Notes under the pieces: generated by a model
The model's database searches: none
The model's input: only the letters and a program-made list of their open reading frames with translations
Told to the model about the DNA's origin: nothing
Made by a program: the position numbers and the translations under genes
Assembly (NCBI GenBank): GCA_964607415.1
Contig: CAZSKK010000002.1
Coordinates: forward strand, 352,585 to 416,584
Source: an uncultured Candidatus Saccharibacteria bacterium
GTDB taxonomy: Bacteria; Patescibacteriota; Dojkabacteria; J137
Direction of reading: 5' to 3'
Length of the DNA stretch: 64,000 nucleotides
Shown: one piece after another, positions 28,713-39,172 of the stretch
How the letters are laid out: the number at the start of each line of letters is the position of its first letter
Position numbering within the stretch: the first letter of the stretch is position 1

Positions 28713-30264
28713 AAGTTTGATTTTTTTTATCGGGCTGGGCTTATTTGCCTTAGCATTTCTGCCTATAATTCTCTATTTGATAAATATCAATTCCCAAAGT
28801 TTAATTGCAGATGACTATGCAATGTTTGAGTACTATAAAAGCAAGCCTTTAGTCGATATTATTTTGGATATAATATTTACACGACAAACACCACATGTAA
28901 GATTTGTTTTTATACCACATTTGATTTTCATACCGTTTTTTAAATATACCTCGGGACAAGTTTGGGCAGTTAATCTATTCTTCATATTTATATTCTTGCA
29001 ACTGTTCGGTCTAATTCCATTTTTTTTGGCGAAGATTTTAAAACTAAAAAAAATTAAACTAATAACTCAATGCTTGTTTATAATTTTTACTTTTTTGACA
29101 TTAAATTATCAAATATGGTTCTTATTAGACTTTAAACTAGGTAGCTATATTATTACAGGAGTGATATTTATGTTATGTTATATATACTTACTAATTAATA
29201 TAAATCTTAACAGAACTAAAAATCTTATTCTTATAATCTTGGCGTTTATTTTAAGTCTTCATGCAACTGATATCAATATACTTTTAATTATTCCTACTAT
29301 TATAATTGTTCTTTTTCAAGAAATAAAACTGAAGAGTAAAATCATTATTTTACTAATTACAATAGGATATCCACCATTGTTTTACATTGCGAATAAAAGA
29401 CTAATACCTCGTCAATCAGCCTTATTTCAAGATAATGATTTACACGAATTATTAAAGATTTTTAAAGAAAAACTTTGGTACTTTATTATTGAAAACAAGT
29501 ATATGGTTCTGCTGGTTTTAGTATTTTTACTATTTAGCATAGCATTATCTGTTTTTTCTTTTTCAAAAGCATCTTTGAAAAAAACTAGTGCTAAATCATA
29601 TATAAACAAATACGTCTTTCAGAACATGGAGGTAGTGTTAAGTTCTTTCTTTATTTTTTATGGATTTGGCCTTTTATTTGTAACTAATTTAGCATATGGT
29701 GGCTGGATAAATCCCCATCAGTACTCAGTAGCGTATTTAATGCTTATCTTTAGTTTTATCTTTTCAGTTAAATATGTTTACGAGAATAAATTTTTAGTAA
29801 AGTACTCGAAAGTATTTGTTTTAATTGCCATAGTGTGTGTCGGTTTCATTAGTTTTAACGCATTCAAAGATTTTCGTTACTACTTACGAGAAAGATACTA
29901 CGAAATACAGGCAATAGAAATTTTAGAAAACTATACAACTTCTAATACGAACGAGTTTGGTGAAAAAAATCTAATAGTTATTGATGAGTGGCCTGATTAT
30001 TATCTTAAGTTCTTTTCTATACAGGCATTTTATGACATCGATTGGGCCAGTAGAAGCTATGCAGACAAGAGCTTAAATAAAGATGGGAAATCTTTTACAA
30101 TTGCAGATAAAAATTTTAAGTATGAAAAGGCTTACGATAGAATTTTGTTAGTGAATTATAACCCCACCAATAAATCTTTAAATTTTGATCTTAAAGACTG
30201 TATGTCTAATAACTGTAAAGAAGTGTATAATCAATTTTATGAAGGTTTATCTTCCACAAAATAA
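28690..30264 (+). CDS. Polytopic membrane protein, GT-C/GtrII-like
   Basis: ADDY after TM1; many TMs; soluble C-terminal tail. Confidence 0.55.
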   Translation: MKKLQNNKSLIFFIGLGLFALAFLPIILYLININSQSLIADDYAMFEYYKSKPLVDIILDIIFTRQTPHVRFVFIPHLIFIPFFKYTSGQVWAVNLFFIFIFLQLFGLIPFFLAKILKLKKIKLITQCLFIIFTFLTLNYQIWFLLDFKLGSYIITGVIFMLCYIYLLININLNRTKNLILIILAFILSLHATDINILLIIPTIIIVLFQEIKLKSKIIILLITIGYPPLFYIANKRLIPRQSALFQDNDLHELLKIFKEKLWYFIIENKYMVLLVLVFLLFSIALSVFSFSKASLKKTSAKSYINKYVFQNMEVVLSSFFIFYGFGLLFVTNLAYGGWINPHQYSVAYLMLIFSFIFSVKYVYENKFLVKYSKVFVLIAIVCVGFISFNAFKDFRYYLRERYYEIQAIEILENYTTSNTNEFGEKNLIVIDEWPDYYLKFFSIQAFYDIDWASRSYADKSLNKDGKSFTIADKNFKYEKAYDRILLVNYNPTNKSLNFDLKDCMSNNCKEVYNQFYEGLSSTK

Positions 30265-31291
30265 TTTAAGTGAAGTTGCTGGGGCTAATACTTTTTTATC
30301 TAATCTTATAGACTATATCAACACAACAGATGTGGATATAGTTAATAATCCAAGGGACAGCGATGTAATCCTTATTAATATACAAGGAGATAAAAACTTA
30401 ATAGATCTAGCATCAAGTTATAATATTCCAATAGTACAAAGATTGGATGGTGTATTTTATCCAGAAAAGCACCCCGATTATTTAGAAAAGAATCTTCCGA
30501 TTATTAATATTTATAAGAATATAGCCACAAAAGTCATTTTCCAGAGTAACTACTCTATGAGTCAATGTTTTGAGATGCTTGGTGAGATCCCAAGAAATAA
30601 ATATGAAATAGTAATAAATGGTGTAAATCCGTCAATTTTTTATAAGCCTGCAAAAAAAAATATAAAAATCAAAAAATTCAGATTTGTTACTACAGCAAGG
30701 TTCAGAAAAAGAGAAATGATAGCCCCAATAGTTAAAGCTCTAGATCTTTTAAAAAAGAGCATAGATTTCGAGTTAGTTGTAGCTGGACCTATTGTTAACG
30801 ATGAAAGAAAAATATATTTTGACATGGACGATATAAAAAGAAATGGTGTTGCACATCTTAAGCAGATTGATCCAATCATTGAGTTTTTCGACAGAGAATA
30901 CATTAAATTTGCAGGAAGCTTAGGTTCAAGTGAAGTTGCAAATTTGCTTAGGGAGTCTGATATATTTTTCTACTCCCATTTAAACCCGCCTTGCCCTAAC
31001 TCAGTAGTCGAAGCAGTGGCCTGTGGTCTGCCAGTTGTAGGATTTAATAGCGGATCTATGGAAGAACTATTATTCTTTGCAAAAGATTTACTTGCAAATG
31101 TTTCTGAAAAATTGATTCATATTGAAAGTGATTTAGACGAACATAAGCTTCTCGAAAAAATAAAACTTTGTGTAGACAATTTTGATCGATATAAAAAGAT
31201 TAGTGAGGAAAATGCTAGCATTTATAACTTTGAAAATTGCGGAAGTAGTTACTTAAAAATATTTAGAGAATCAATCAAGCTAAAAAAATAA
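30239..31291 (+). CDS. GT4 glycosyltransferase
   Basis: QRLDG, PCPNSVVEAVACGLP; ATG 30239 preferred as start. Confidence 0.88.
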   Translation: MKVYLPQNNLSEVAGANTFLSNLIDYINTTDVDIVNNPRDSDVILINIQGDKNLIDLASSYNIPIVQRLDGVFYPEKHPDYLEKNLPIINIYKNIATKVIFQSNYSMSQCFEMLGEIPRNKYEIVINGVNPSIFYKPAKKNIKIKKFRFVTTARFRKREMIAPIVKALDLLKKSIDFELVVAGPIVNDERKIYFDMDDIKRNGVAHLKQIDPIIEFFDREYIKFAGSLGSSEVANLLRESDIFFYSHLNPPCPNSVVEAVACGLPVVGFNSGSMEELLFFAKDLLANVSEKLIHIESDLDEHKLLEKIKLCVDNFDRYKKISEENASIYNFENCGSSYLKIFRESIKLKK

Positions 31292-31292
31292 G

Positions 31293-32789
31293 ATGAAAAC
31301 TCCTAAATTATCAGTTGTGATGGCAAACCATAATGGGCAAGAGTTTCTTAAAGAAGCAATCGAAAGCATTCTAAATCAAACTTTCGATGACTTTGAGTTT
31401 ATTATTGTCGATGATTTTTCTAAAGATAATTCGCTAGAGATAATAAAAAGTTATAACGATAAAAGAATAGTCGTTATTAAAAATTCATCAAATTTAGGGC
31501 TTACAAAATCCTTGAATACTGGATTAAAAATAGCCAAAGGCGAGTTTATTGCAAGAATGGACTCTGATGATATTTCTGAACCAGACCGTTTTAAAAAACA
31601 GTTAGCATTTTTTGAAGAAAATTCAGAATACTCTGTTTTAGGGTGTTATGCACAGATAATAAATTCTAAAGGCAGTAAAGTAGGAGAATTGGTAAATCCT
31701 ATAGAGGATGAGGAAATAAAAGAATGTCTAATAATTGATAATGCAATGAGTCCGCATGGAGGTTTAATTATAAAAAAACAAGCCCTAGATGATATTGGAG
31801 GATATGATGAGTCAATATTAAAATCTCAAGATTATGATTTATTATTGAAGCTTTCTGAAAAATATAAAATGCATAATTTGCCAGAATTTCTTTATAGATG
31901 GAGAACCCATGGGAAAAGCATTTCAAATGCTTCGAGAGATTCTCAGGCTTATTACAAAAATTTGGCACAAGAAAATGCTATAAAAAGAAGGTACGCTAAA
32001 ATGCCAGTTACAGATCCAAGCCTTGCAGTTTTGTATTTATGTTTTGATAAAGTGAACATAGATTATAGACAAATAGAGACATTTTCTAAAGAAATTCATG
32101 CTTATGTGGTTTATCAGTCAAAAAACCAAAGAGACAGGTTAAGAAAAATAAATAACATAACACTTGTGAAAATGGACCGAAACATTAGTGAAAGCATTAA
32201 CAAAGCTACAAAACTTATAGTTGAAGATTGGGTATTATTAACAACAAATGGTTATTATATTTCAAACGAATTTTCTGTAGCTAATCTAAAAAAAATTATT
32301 GCTTTTGATATATATTCAGATGTTTTTATACCAAAAGTTTTTCATCATAAATTCAATACTTTTAACGACTTCTATTCAATTGTGATTTCAGATAATAAGG
32401 TTAAATTTGAGAACAGAAGCTTCAGTCGGTGTAATTTTCTTTTTACAGGCTCTAGCATTGTAAATACAAATTTTCTTAAAAAAAATTTTTTTTCAAGGAG
32501 ATTTATTCCAATATTTAACGATTTAGATATGTCATTAAGATTATTATTAGAAGGAAACGAGTTAAAAGCAAGGCTAGTAGATACAGTCCAGTTAGATTAT
32601 GCATACGAAATCACAGATAAAACAACCCAATATGTATCATCTTCTATATTTACGTCTAGACTTGAAAAAAATTTCAAAAATATAAGACAAAAATATAATC
32701 TTGGCTTTGAAGCATTTGTGTATAATTTCGTCAAAAATAAGTCAGAGGAGTTCTTCCTTAATACTAAAAAATTTAAAACTATTAAGTAA
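31293..32789 (+). CDS. GT2 glycosyltransferase with degenerate second domain
   Basis: IVDDFSKD, RMDSDD, QDYDL. Confidence 0.9.
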   Translation: MKTPKLSVVMANHNGQEFLKEAIESILNQTFDDFEFIIVDDFSKDNSLEIIKSYNDKRIVVIKNSSNLGLTKSLNTGLKIAKGEFIARMDSDDISEPDRFKKQLAFFEENSEYSVLGCYAQIINSKGSKVGELVNPIEDEEIKECLIIDNAMSPHGGLIIKKQALDDIGGYDESILKSQDYDLLLKLSEKYKMHNLPEFLYRWRTHGKSISNASRDSQAYYKNLAQENAIKRRYAKMPVTDPSLAVLYLCFDKVNIDYRQIETFSKEIHAYVVYQSKNQRDRLRKINNITLVKMDRNISESINKATKLIVEDWVLLTTNGYYISNEFSVANLKKIIAFDIYSDVFIPKVFHHKFNTFNDFYSIVISDNKVKFENRSFSRCNFLFTGSSIVNTNFLKKNFFSRRFIPIFNDLDMSLRLLLEGNELKARLVDTVQLDYAYEITDKTTQYVSSSIFTSRLEKNFKNIRQKYNLGFEAFVYNFVKNKSEEFFLNTKKFKTIK

Positions 32790-32795
32790 TAAAAT

Positions 32796-33641
32796 ATGGC
32801 AAAAGTTAGCGTAATAATTCCTTGTTATAATCATGGTCAGTATATAGATGAAGCAGTTCAGTCAGTTTTGGACCAGTCGTTCCAGGATTTTGAAATAATT
32901 GTTGTTAATGATGGTTCAACAGACGAATATACTAATAAATTACTTAGCGATTATATAAAACCTAAAACTACAGTAATAAAAACAGAGTATAAAGGTCTTC
33001 ATTCTGCTCGGAACACAGCTATTTCCGCCGCTAAAGGGGAATATATATTGCCCCTAGATGCAGATGATAAAATAGGAACAAAATTTCTTGAACTAGCAGT
33101 TAATGTTTTAGACAAGAATAAAAAGGTAGGCATAGTGGGTAGCAATGTGGAGGCTTTTGGGGATCAGTCCTGGAAAGTAGAAACAAAAGCAGATACAAAA
33201 AGAATTCTTGTTGATAATTTCCTAGTAGCTACAAGTATGTTTAGGCGAAAAGATTGGGAAAAAGCAGGAGGATATAAGACTAACATGAAATACGGATGGG
33301 AGGATTATGACTTTTGGCTTACTTTATTAGAAAATGGTGCTGATATAAAAATAATATCAGAATGGTTTTACTATAGGAAAGTTAATAGCAGCTCCAATAG
33401 GCCGTTTTCACTAAGCTCAATGACTAAGGAAATGCGAGAGATGTCTTTTATCCAATTGTTTGAAAACCATCCAAAGCTTTATAAAGAAAATATTGATGTT
33501 TTGCTTAAATACATTAACGAACAAAAATTTGTAATATCTGATTTACAACAGCAATTAGATTCTTTAAACAAAACATTGGATAAGTTTAGAAATAATCCAC
33601 TTTATAGAGGCATTAAGAGGGTAAAGAGATTTTTAGCTTGA
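32796..33641 (+). CDS. GT2 glycosyltransferase with C-terminal coiled coil
   Basis: VNDGSTD, LDADD, WEDYDFW. Confidence 0.92.
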   Translation: MAKVSVIIPCYNHGQYIDEAVQSVLDQSFQDFEIIVVNDGSTDEYTNKLLSDYIKPKTTVIKTEYKGLHSARNTAISAAKGEYILPLDADDKIGTKFLELAVNVLDKNKKVGIVGSNVEAFGDQSWKVETKADTKRILVDNFLVATSMFRRKDWEKAGGYKTNMKYGWEDYDFWLTLLENGADIKIISEWFYYRKVNSSSNRPFSLSSMTKEMREMSFIQLFENHPKLYKENIDVLLKYINEQKFVISDLQQQLDSLNKTLDKFRNNPLYRGIKRVKRFLA

Positions 33642-34802
33642 AAGTAGTTCATTGAAAATCTTATTATAGTTTTTTTGCATGGTATCGAGTTCAAACTCTT
33701 TTTCCAGGGTAATGTTACTTTTATCTAGATTTTTTATTAAAACAAGTTTGTTTGAAATATCTGTAACAATATTGTCAGGGTCAGTTAAAAATCCATCTCT
33801 ACCTTCTTTGAAAACCTCGTTTATTGCGCCTACATTTGTAGACACTACAGGCACCTTTAGTGCTAGAGCTTCTAAGATTGCTAAGGGAATTCCTTCATAG
33901 ATTGAAGTTAGAATTAATGCTTTTGATTTACTTAGCACAGTCATAAATTTTTCATGAGATATGGGCCCTTTTATAAGAAAATTTGAAAGCTGTTCCGAAT
34001 CTTTTTTAAGTTCTTCAAAAAGCTCACCAGGACCCGCCATATAAAAATTTTTATCCTTATTCAGCGAGGCAAGTTTAATATAATCCTTTGGATTTTTCTG
34101 TTCTGAATATCTAGCTACCCAAATAAAGACATCGCTGTTTTGGAAAAAAGTAATTTCATCTGCATCTAGCAAGTTTTCGTTTACAGCTGTTCTGACTTCT
34201 TTTGGATCAATCCCATTGTATACTACGGATATTTTTTTAGGATTTATTTTATACCAGTCAACATATATTTTCTTTAACCGATTGCTTATAACTATTCTTT
34301 TATCAATATACTTATCAAATCCAGCTGAGTACATAGGCATTCCACCTCTATCATCTTTGCCTTCACCGCAATGAACTAGATCCACTGTTGGGAGATTGTG
34401 TAGCCTTTTAATATGCTCAAGTACTTGATAACCATTTGTAGAATTCTGTGTAAAGTAAACATCTGTTTTAACGAGTCGTGGGAAATTTATTAATAAATAA
34501 TTCTTGAGCTTATTAGGTATATATGTGAGGTTTATAACTGATTTGGAAACTTCCCTAAATTTTCTTATCCATTCATGCTGATTTTTATATGTGCAGAAGA
34601 TGTATACATCCCATCCATCTCGCTTTAAGCCCGAAAGAATCTGCAACATTACTCCTTCAGCACCACCTATAGTCGTCCAGGGTAGAGCCATTAGCACGAC
34701 TTTCTTTTTTGAAAGTAGTTTCCTATTGAGCAATAATATCAATAGAAATAATGAGAACAGTGTAATAAAAACTCGCAACATTTTTTTAAAGCTTTCTTTC
34801 AT
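33633..34802 (-). CDS. GT4 glycosyltransferase
   Basis: GGAE, QKNP, EGIPLAILEA. Confidence 0.9.
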   Translation of the reverse strand: MKESFKKMLRVFITLFSLFLLILLLNRKLLSKKKVVLMALPWTTIGGAEGVMLQILSGLKRDGWDVYIFCTYKNQHEWIRKFREVSKSVINLTYIPNKLKNYLLINFPRLVKTDVYFTQNSTNGYQVLEHIKRLHNLPTVDLVHCGEGKDDRGGMPMYSAGFDKYIDKRIVISNRLKKIYVDWYKINPKKISVVYNGIDPKEVRTAVNENLLDADEITFFQNSDVFIWVARYSEQKNPKDYIKLASLNKDKNFYMAGPGELFEELKKDSEQLSNFLIKGPISHEKFMTVLSKSKALILTSIYEGIPLAILEALALKVPVVSTNVGAINEVFKEGRDGFLTDPDNIVTDISNKLVLIKNLDKSNITLEKEFELDTMQKNYNKIFNELLSS

Positions 34803-34863
34803 ATATTTGATTAGTTTTCAAAAGTAATTTATTATATCAGAATTAAATCATACATTAATTCAC

Positions 34864-35529
34864 ATGGAATATAAAACGGATAAAAAAGGATATCTATCGA
34901 ATTATGAGATATATTTTTCAAATTTAAAAGACCAAGAGGTCAAGCTGCTAGAGCTTGGCATATTAGAGGCAGGGTCGCTTTTTTATTGGAGAGATTATTT
35001 CAAAAAAGGTGAAATAGTTGGTTTAGATATAAATGAAATTAATATTAAAGATAATGCAAGAATAAAGACATATGTTGGTGATCAAAAAAATGTATCGCTA
35101 CTAGAAAAAATTACAAAAGAAAATACTAAAGAAGGTTTTGACATTATTATAGACGATGCTTCACACTTTGGTCATGAGACTTTTGTTAGCTTTACATATT
35201 TGTTTAAAAATGCTCTGAAACCTGGCGGTATATATGTAATAGAAGATTGGGGTACTGGGTATTGGCCACACTATCCAGATGGTAAGAGCTTTAAGTTTGA
35301 TAATAATCATATAAGTTCTTACTTCCATAAAACTTTCAAAACTAAAACAAGAAGAATTAAGTCATTCCCAAATTTTTCTAATGGTATGGTGGGCGTAATT
35401 AAGCAGTTAGTAGATGAGGTAGCAATTGGTGACGCTACAAACAGCGAATATACAAAATATCATGAAATTGGCTCAACTATAGAAAAAGTAATTATTTCAA
35501 AAGGGATAACTTTTATTTTTAGAGTTTAG
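34864..35529 (+). CDS. Class I SAM O-methyltransferase (sugar O-MTase-like)
   Basis: LLELGI..GS, DIIIDDASH, LKPGGIYVIED. Confidence 0.88.
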   Translation: MEYKTDKKGYLSNYEIYFSNLKDQEVKLLELGILEAGSLFYWRDYFKKGEIVGLDINEINIKDNARIKTYVGDQKNVSLLEKITKENTKEGFDIIIDDASHFGHETFVSFTYLFKNALKPGGIYVIEDWGTGYWPHYPDGKSFKFDNNHISSYFHKTFKTKTRRIKSFPNFSNGMVGVIKQLVDEVAIGDATNSEYTKYHEIGSTIEKVIISKGITFIFRV

Positions 35530-35571
35530 TAATAAATACTAGATCTGTTTACCTGATTTAATTGAAAAAAT

Positions 35572-36528
35572 TTAAGTCTCTGTGGCAAATGACATGAGTT
35601 CTTTTGAATCCTTAAATCCAACGTATCTGCTGGAATCTTCAATGTCCCCAACGGCCAAAAACTTGCCATGCTTCTTATAAAATCTTCTTATTGCAGATTT
35701 CAGTTTGGCTTCATTATATCTTCCTGTTGTGTATGTAGAATCATTCATTGATTTTGTAAAATCAGCTCTTATATGTAAAACGATAGCCTCAGGGCAATTA
35801 AAAAACTCAAAGCCTGCTTGTTTTACCCTAAAGGCTTGTTCATTATCTTCATATGCACCAATAAATTCAGGATCCATTGGAATCTTTTTTAAAACTTCTG
35901 TTCTCCAAATTGCAACTCCAGGGAGCCAATCGCAGGATTTTTTTTCTAAGGTCGAATTGTCGGTGTAATCTTTTCCAGCATCAATGTCTTTAAAAATAAC
36001 CCATTCGTGATCATTAATAACTTGAGGATTGTTTAGCTGAATTTTCCCATTAGGTAAAACAATTTTTCCTAGAACGCCGGCAATTTTGTTATCAGATTTG
36101 ATGGTGTTTACAAGATGCTCAAAGTATCCAGGCATAAAAACCATGTCATTATCAATAAATGCAGTAAATTCACAAGCTGTGAATTTAGCAGAAAGTGCTC
36201 TTCCTCCTGATACTCCAAGATTTTCTTCGAGTAAAACTAAATCAATGTTACCTTTTTCTTCACTTAGTTTTTTCAAATACTCACGTGTTCCGTCATCAGA
36301 ATTAGAATCTATTGCAATTAAGTTAAAACAAATATTTGTTTTATATAATGATTTAATTGTTCGTTTGGTATCTTTAAGTCTGTTTAATGTTAGTAAAACT
36401 ATATCTATTTTGGTATCTGGCACTTGAAATGGATTTTTATTTGCAAATCTTTTAAGTTCAAATTGCATTAAGGGATATGGATATGATTTCCCAGAAATTT
36501 TTTTAAGTAGTTTCTTAATCAGTTTCAT
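35572..36528 (-). CDS. GT2 glycosyltransferase
   Basis: IDSNSDDGT, NLGVSGGR, IDND, YEDNE. Confidence 0.88.
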   Translation of the reverse strand: MKLIKKLLKKISGKSYPYPLMQFELKRFANKNPFQVPDTKIDIVLLTLNRLKDTKRTIKSLYKTNICFNLIAIDSNSDDGTREYLKKLSEEKGNIDLVLLEENLGVSGGRALSAKFTACEFTAFIDNDMVFMPGYFEHLVNTIKSDNKIAGVLGKIVLPNGKIQLNNPQVINDHEWVIFKDIDAGKDYTDNSTLEKKSCDWLPGVAIWRTEVLKKIPMDPEFIGAYEDNEQAFRVKQAGFEFFNCPEAIVLHIRADFTKSMNDSTYTTGRYNEAKLKSAIRRFYKKHGKFLAVGDIEDSSRYVGFKDSKELMSFATET

Positions 36529-36590
36529 ATATAATCGCTAGTAATTTAGATATAATATTTTAACAGTACTTTACTTTTAAAACACTATTC

Positions 36591-37589
36591 ATGAGTAAAT
36601 ATCTAATTTCTGGTGGAGGCGGCTATATCGGTTCTCACATAGTTTATCTTCTTTTAAGCAAAGGACATGAAGTTGTTGTTATAGATAACTTTTCAAATAG
36701 CAGTGTAAGAAACCTTGTAAAAATTCAAGAAATACTAAATAAAGAAATTACGATTGTAAATAGGAACTTAATCTTTGATTTGAATGATTTTGATTTGCAA
36801 AACATTGATGGCGTTCTTCACTTTGCAGCATATAAAGCAGTGGGTGAATCGGTGAATAATCCTTTGAAATATTACAGAAATAATCTTCAAACAACTGTAA
36901 ACCTTCTGGAATGGTGTTTAAGAACCGGGGTGAGTAAATTCATATTCTCCTCCACAGCAGCGGTATATGGTTCAACGGAAAATATTCCAATTAGTGAAAA
37001 AGAACCTACAAGACCTGAATCTCCTTATGGTTTTTCTAAACTTTTTGCTGAACAAATAATTAAAGACTTTTGTAAAATCAATAAAGACTTTTCAGCCACA
37101 GCATTAAGGTACTTCAATGCCGCAGGTAATTTGGATTCAGGTGAGATTGGTGAAGAAGCAGAGAACCCAAGTAATTTAATTCCAGCTTTAATTACGAGTC
37201 ATTTGGGTTTGAGAGATGCCAAAATGAAAGTTTTTGGAACTGACTTTGAAACTGAAGATGGCTCAGGCGTAAGAGATTACATTAATGTTTTAGATCTAGT
37301 GGAGGCACATTATCAGGCTTTAGAATTTATGGATAATAATAAAGGCTATAATTTTTTTAATGTAGGGACAAATTCTGGCTACTCGGTTTTGGAAATAATA
37401 AAAACTTTTGAAAAAGTAAGCAACGAAAAAGTAGAGTACGAAGTTGTTGAAAGACGGCCAGGCGACCCAGCCGTATCAATTGCTGATAATTCTTTAATCA
37501 AAGAGAAATTAAACTGGATACCTAAAAAGGCCTTAGAGGAAACAATTAGAAGTTCCTGGCTTTGGTATAGAAACAATTATCAAAAGTAA
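36591..37589 (+). CDS. galE: UDP-glucose 4-epimerase
   Basis: GGGGYIGSH, KAVGES, YGFSK, LRYFN, RDYI, RRPGD. Confidence 0.95.
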   Translation: MSKYLISGGGGYIGSHIVYLLLSKGHEVVVIDNFSNSSVRNLVKIQEILNKEITIVNRNLIFDLNDFDLQNIDGVLHFAAYKAVGESVNNPLKYYRNNLQTTVNLLEWCLRTGVSKFIFSSTAAVYGSTENIPISEKEPTRPESPYGFSKLFAEQIIKDFCKINKDFSATALRYFNAAGNLDSGEIGEEAENPSNLIPALITSHLGLRDAKMKVFGTDFETEDGSGVRDYINVLDLVEAHYQALEFMDNNKGYNFFNVGTNSGYSVLEIIKTFEKVSNEKVEYEVVERRPGDPAVSIADNSLIKEKLNWIPKKALEETIRSSWLWYRNNYQK

Positions 37590-38405
37590 CTAAATCTTCT
37601 CGAACCCGTGTTTTTTTCTAATTCTATTATTAGAATCTAGAATTTCTTTCAAAAGCTTAGGATCATAACCTGCATCTTCACTGGAAGATATAAATGCTTT
37701 TAAGTCTTTAGGTAAACATTTACCTTCAAATCCTCGTTTATCAACAAAAACTCCGGTATGTGATCTTCCTATTCTTGAATCCATTAACCATCCTTCTCTT
37801 GCTTCATTGTAGTCAACTCCAAGGGCTTCACAAATATCATAAAATTCGTTTGCTAAAGTAATTTTAGTAGCTAAAAATACATTTTCCATATACTTAATTA
37901 CTTCAGCAGTTTTGGTATCAGTTTGCATATATTTGACATGTGCACCTAATTTTCTAATGAATATATTTAAAATCTTTGAAGTTACTTTTTTATCTCCGCC
38001 AATTATCATAAAGTCGTGGTATTGTGGGTCAGTTGGATGAGGGTAAATCCAGTAAGGTATAAAATATCCCCCCTCACCAATATACTCAGGGCTAAATGCA
38101 ATATTTAGCTTTGGATATTTTTTCTGTAATTTTGCTGTTGTCCCTGGTTTAACAGTTGATTTAATCAAAATTAGGGGTGTTTCCAACCATTCAAAAGTTC
38201 CTTCAACTATACTCGTGTCACAACTTTTGCCGTCTTCGCTAGTAGGAGTAGGTACACAAATTATGGCAAGTTCACATTGATTTACTTCTTCTTTAGAGGA
38301 AGACTCAATATCTTTTGTGAATGGATCATAAACTAAAGCTTCAGGGAAAACTTTGTGATAAGCTTTACCTACATACCCGTACCCGATTATCGCTACTTTT
38401 ATCAT
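37590..38405 (-). CDS. UDP-glucose/GDP-mannose dehydrogenase family protein (short form)
   Basis: GYGYVG, ICVPTP, KSTV, SPE, GFEGKCLPKD. Confidence 0.88.
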   Translation of the reverse strand: MIKVAIIGYGYVGKAYHKVFPEALVYDPFTKDIESSSKEEVNQCELAIICVPTPTSEDGKSCDTSIVEGTFEWLETPLILIKSTVKPGTTAKLQKKYPKLNIAFSPEYIGEGGYFIPYWIYPHPTDPQYHDFMIIGGDKKVTSKILNIFIRKLGAHVKYMQTDTKTAEVIKYMENVFLATKITLANEFYDICEALGVDYNEAREGWLMDSRIGRSHTGVFVDKRGFEGKCLPKDLKAFISSSEDAGYDPKLLKEILDSNNRIRKKHGFEKI

Positions 38406-38416
38406 AAATTTAGTAA

Positions 38417-39154
38417 TTATAAGTTATATTTAATAATCTCCACTAAAGCCTTAAACCCATCTTTAAATGCTTTCATTTTTTTACCTTCAGCCATTGATCT
38501 AGGTTTATATGTTATTGGCACAACCCCAAACTTTAAATGTTTACCGTTAAGTTTATATTTAGAAAGCTTAGCTGTAATTTCTGGTTCAAATCCAAAATTG
38601 CTTGTTGCGTGAATTTTGCTTCCAACTTCTCTAAAAATTTCACCTCTTGTAAGTTTATAACAAACCTCCATATCAGGAATCCACACTCTAATTCTTGGGT
38701 AAGTAAATAAATTGGAAAATAGTGTCAACATTTTATTTCCAAAATAGTTTTGCCAATAAATAACTTTATTTTTCTTGCCAAATCTATTTCCATAAACAAC
38801 ATCAAGATTTTTTTCATCCATTAATTTAAGAAGATCAACAACTTCATTAGGATCATATTCAAGATCCGCATCTTGAATTACTACTAAATCTCCTGTTGAT
38901 TCAACGATCCCTTTTTTTACGGTTGGAGTTTTCCCTAAGTTTCTTTCATTAGTAAAAACTTTGATTTCTTCATGTTTTTTAGCAAGATCCTGCATAATCT
39001 CCCAACTTTTATCTTTGGATCCATCGTTTACAATTACAACTTCTTTTTCAAAGTTATCTGGTAATTTTACTTTAAGAACTATGTCTACAATTTGATTCAA
39101 CGTTTTTTCTTCGTTGTAAACAGGCATTACAAAAGTTAAAATTTTATTACTCAT
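38417..39154 (-). CDS. GT2 DPM1-like glycosyltransferase
   Basis: PVYNEE, VNDGSKD, QDADLEYDP, FGFEPE. Confidence 0.92.
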   Translation of the reverse strand: MSNKILTFVMPVYNEEKTLNQIVDIVLKVKLPDNFEKEVVIVNDGSKDKSWEIMQDLAKKHEEIKVFTNERNLGKTPTVKKGIVESTGDLVVIQDADLEYDPNEVVDLLKLMDEKNLDVVYGNRFGKKNKVIYWQNYFGNKMLTLFSNLFTYPRIRVWIPDMEVCYKLTRGEIFREVGSKIHATSNFGFEPEITAKLSKYKLNGKHLKFGVVPITYKPRSMAEGKKMKAFKDGFKALVEIIKYNL

Positions 39155-39172
39155 GACTTCTATATCTAACAA

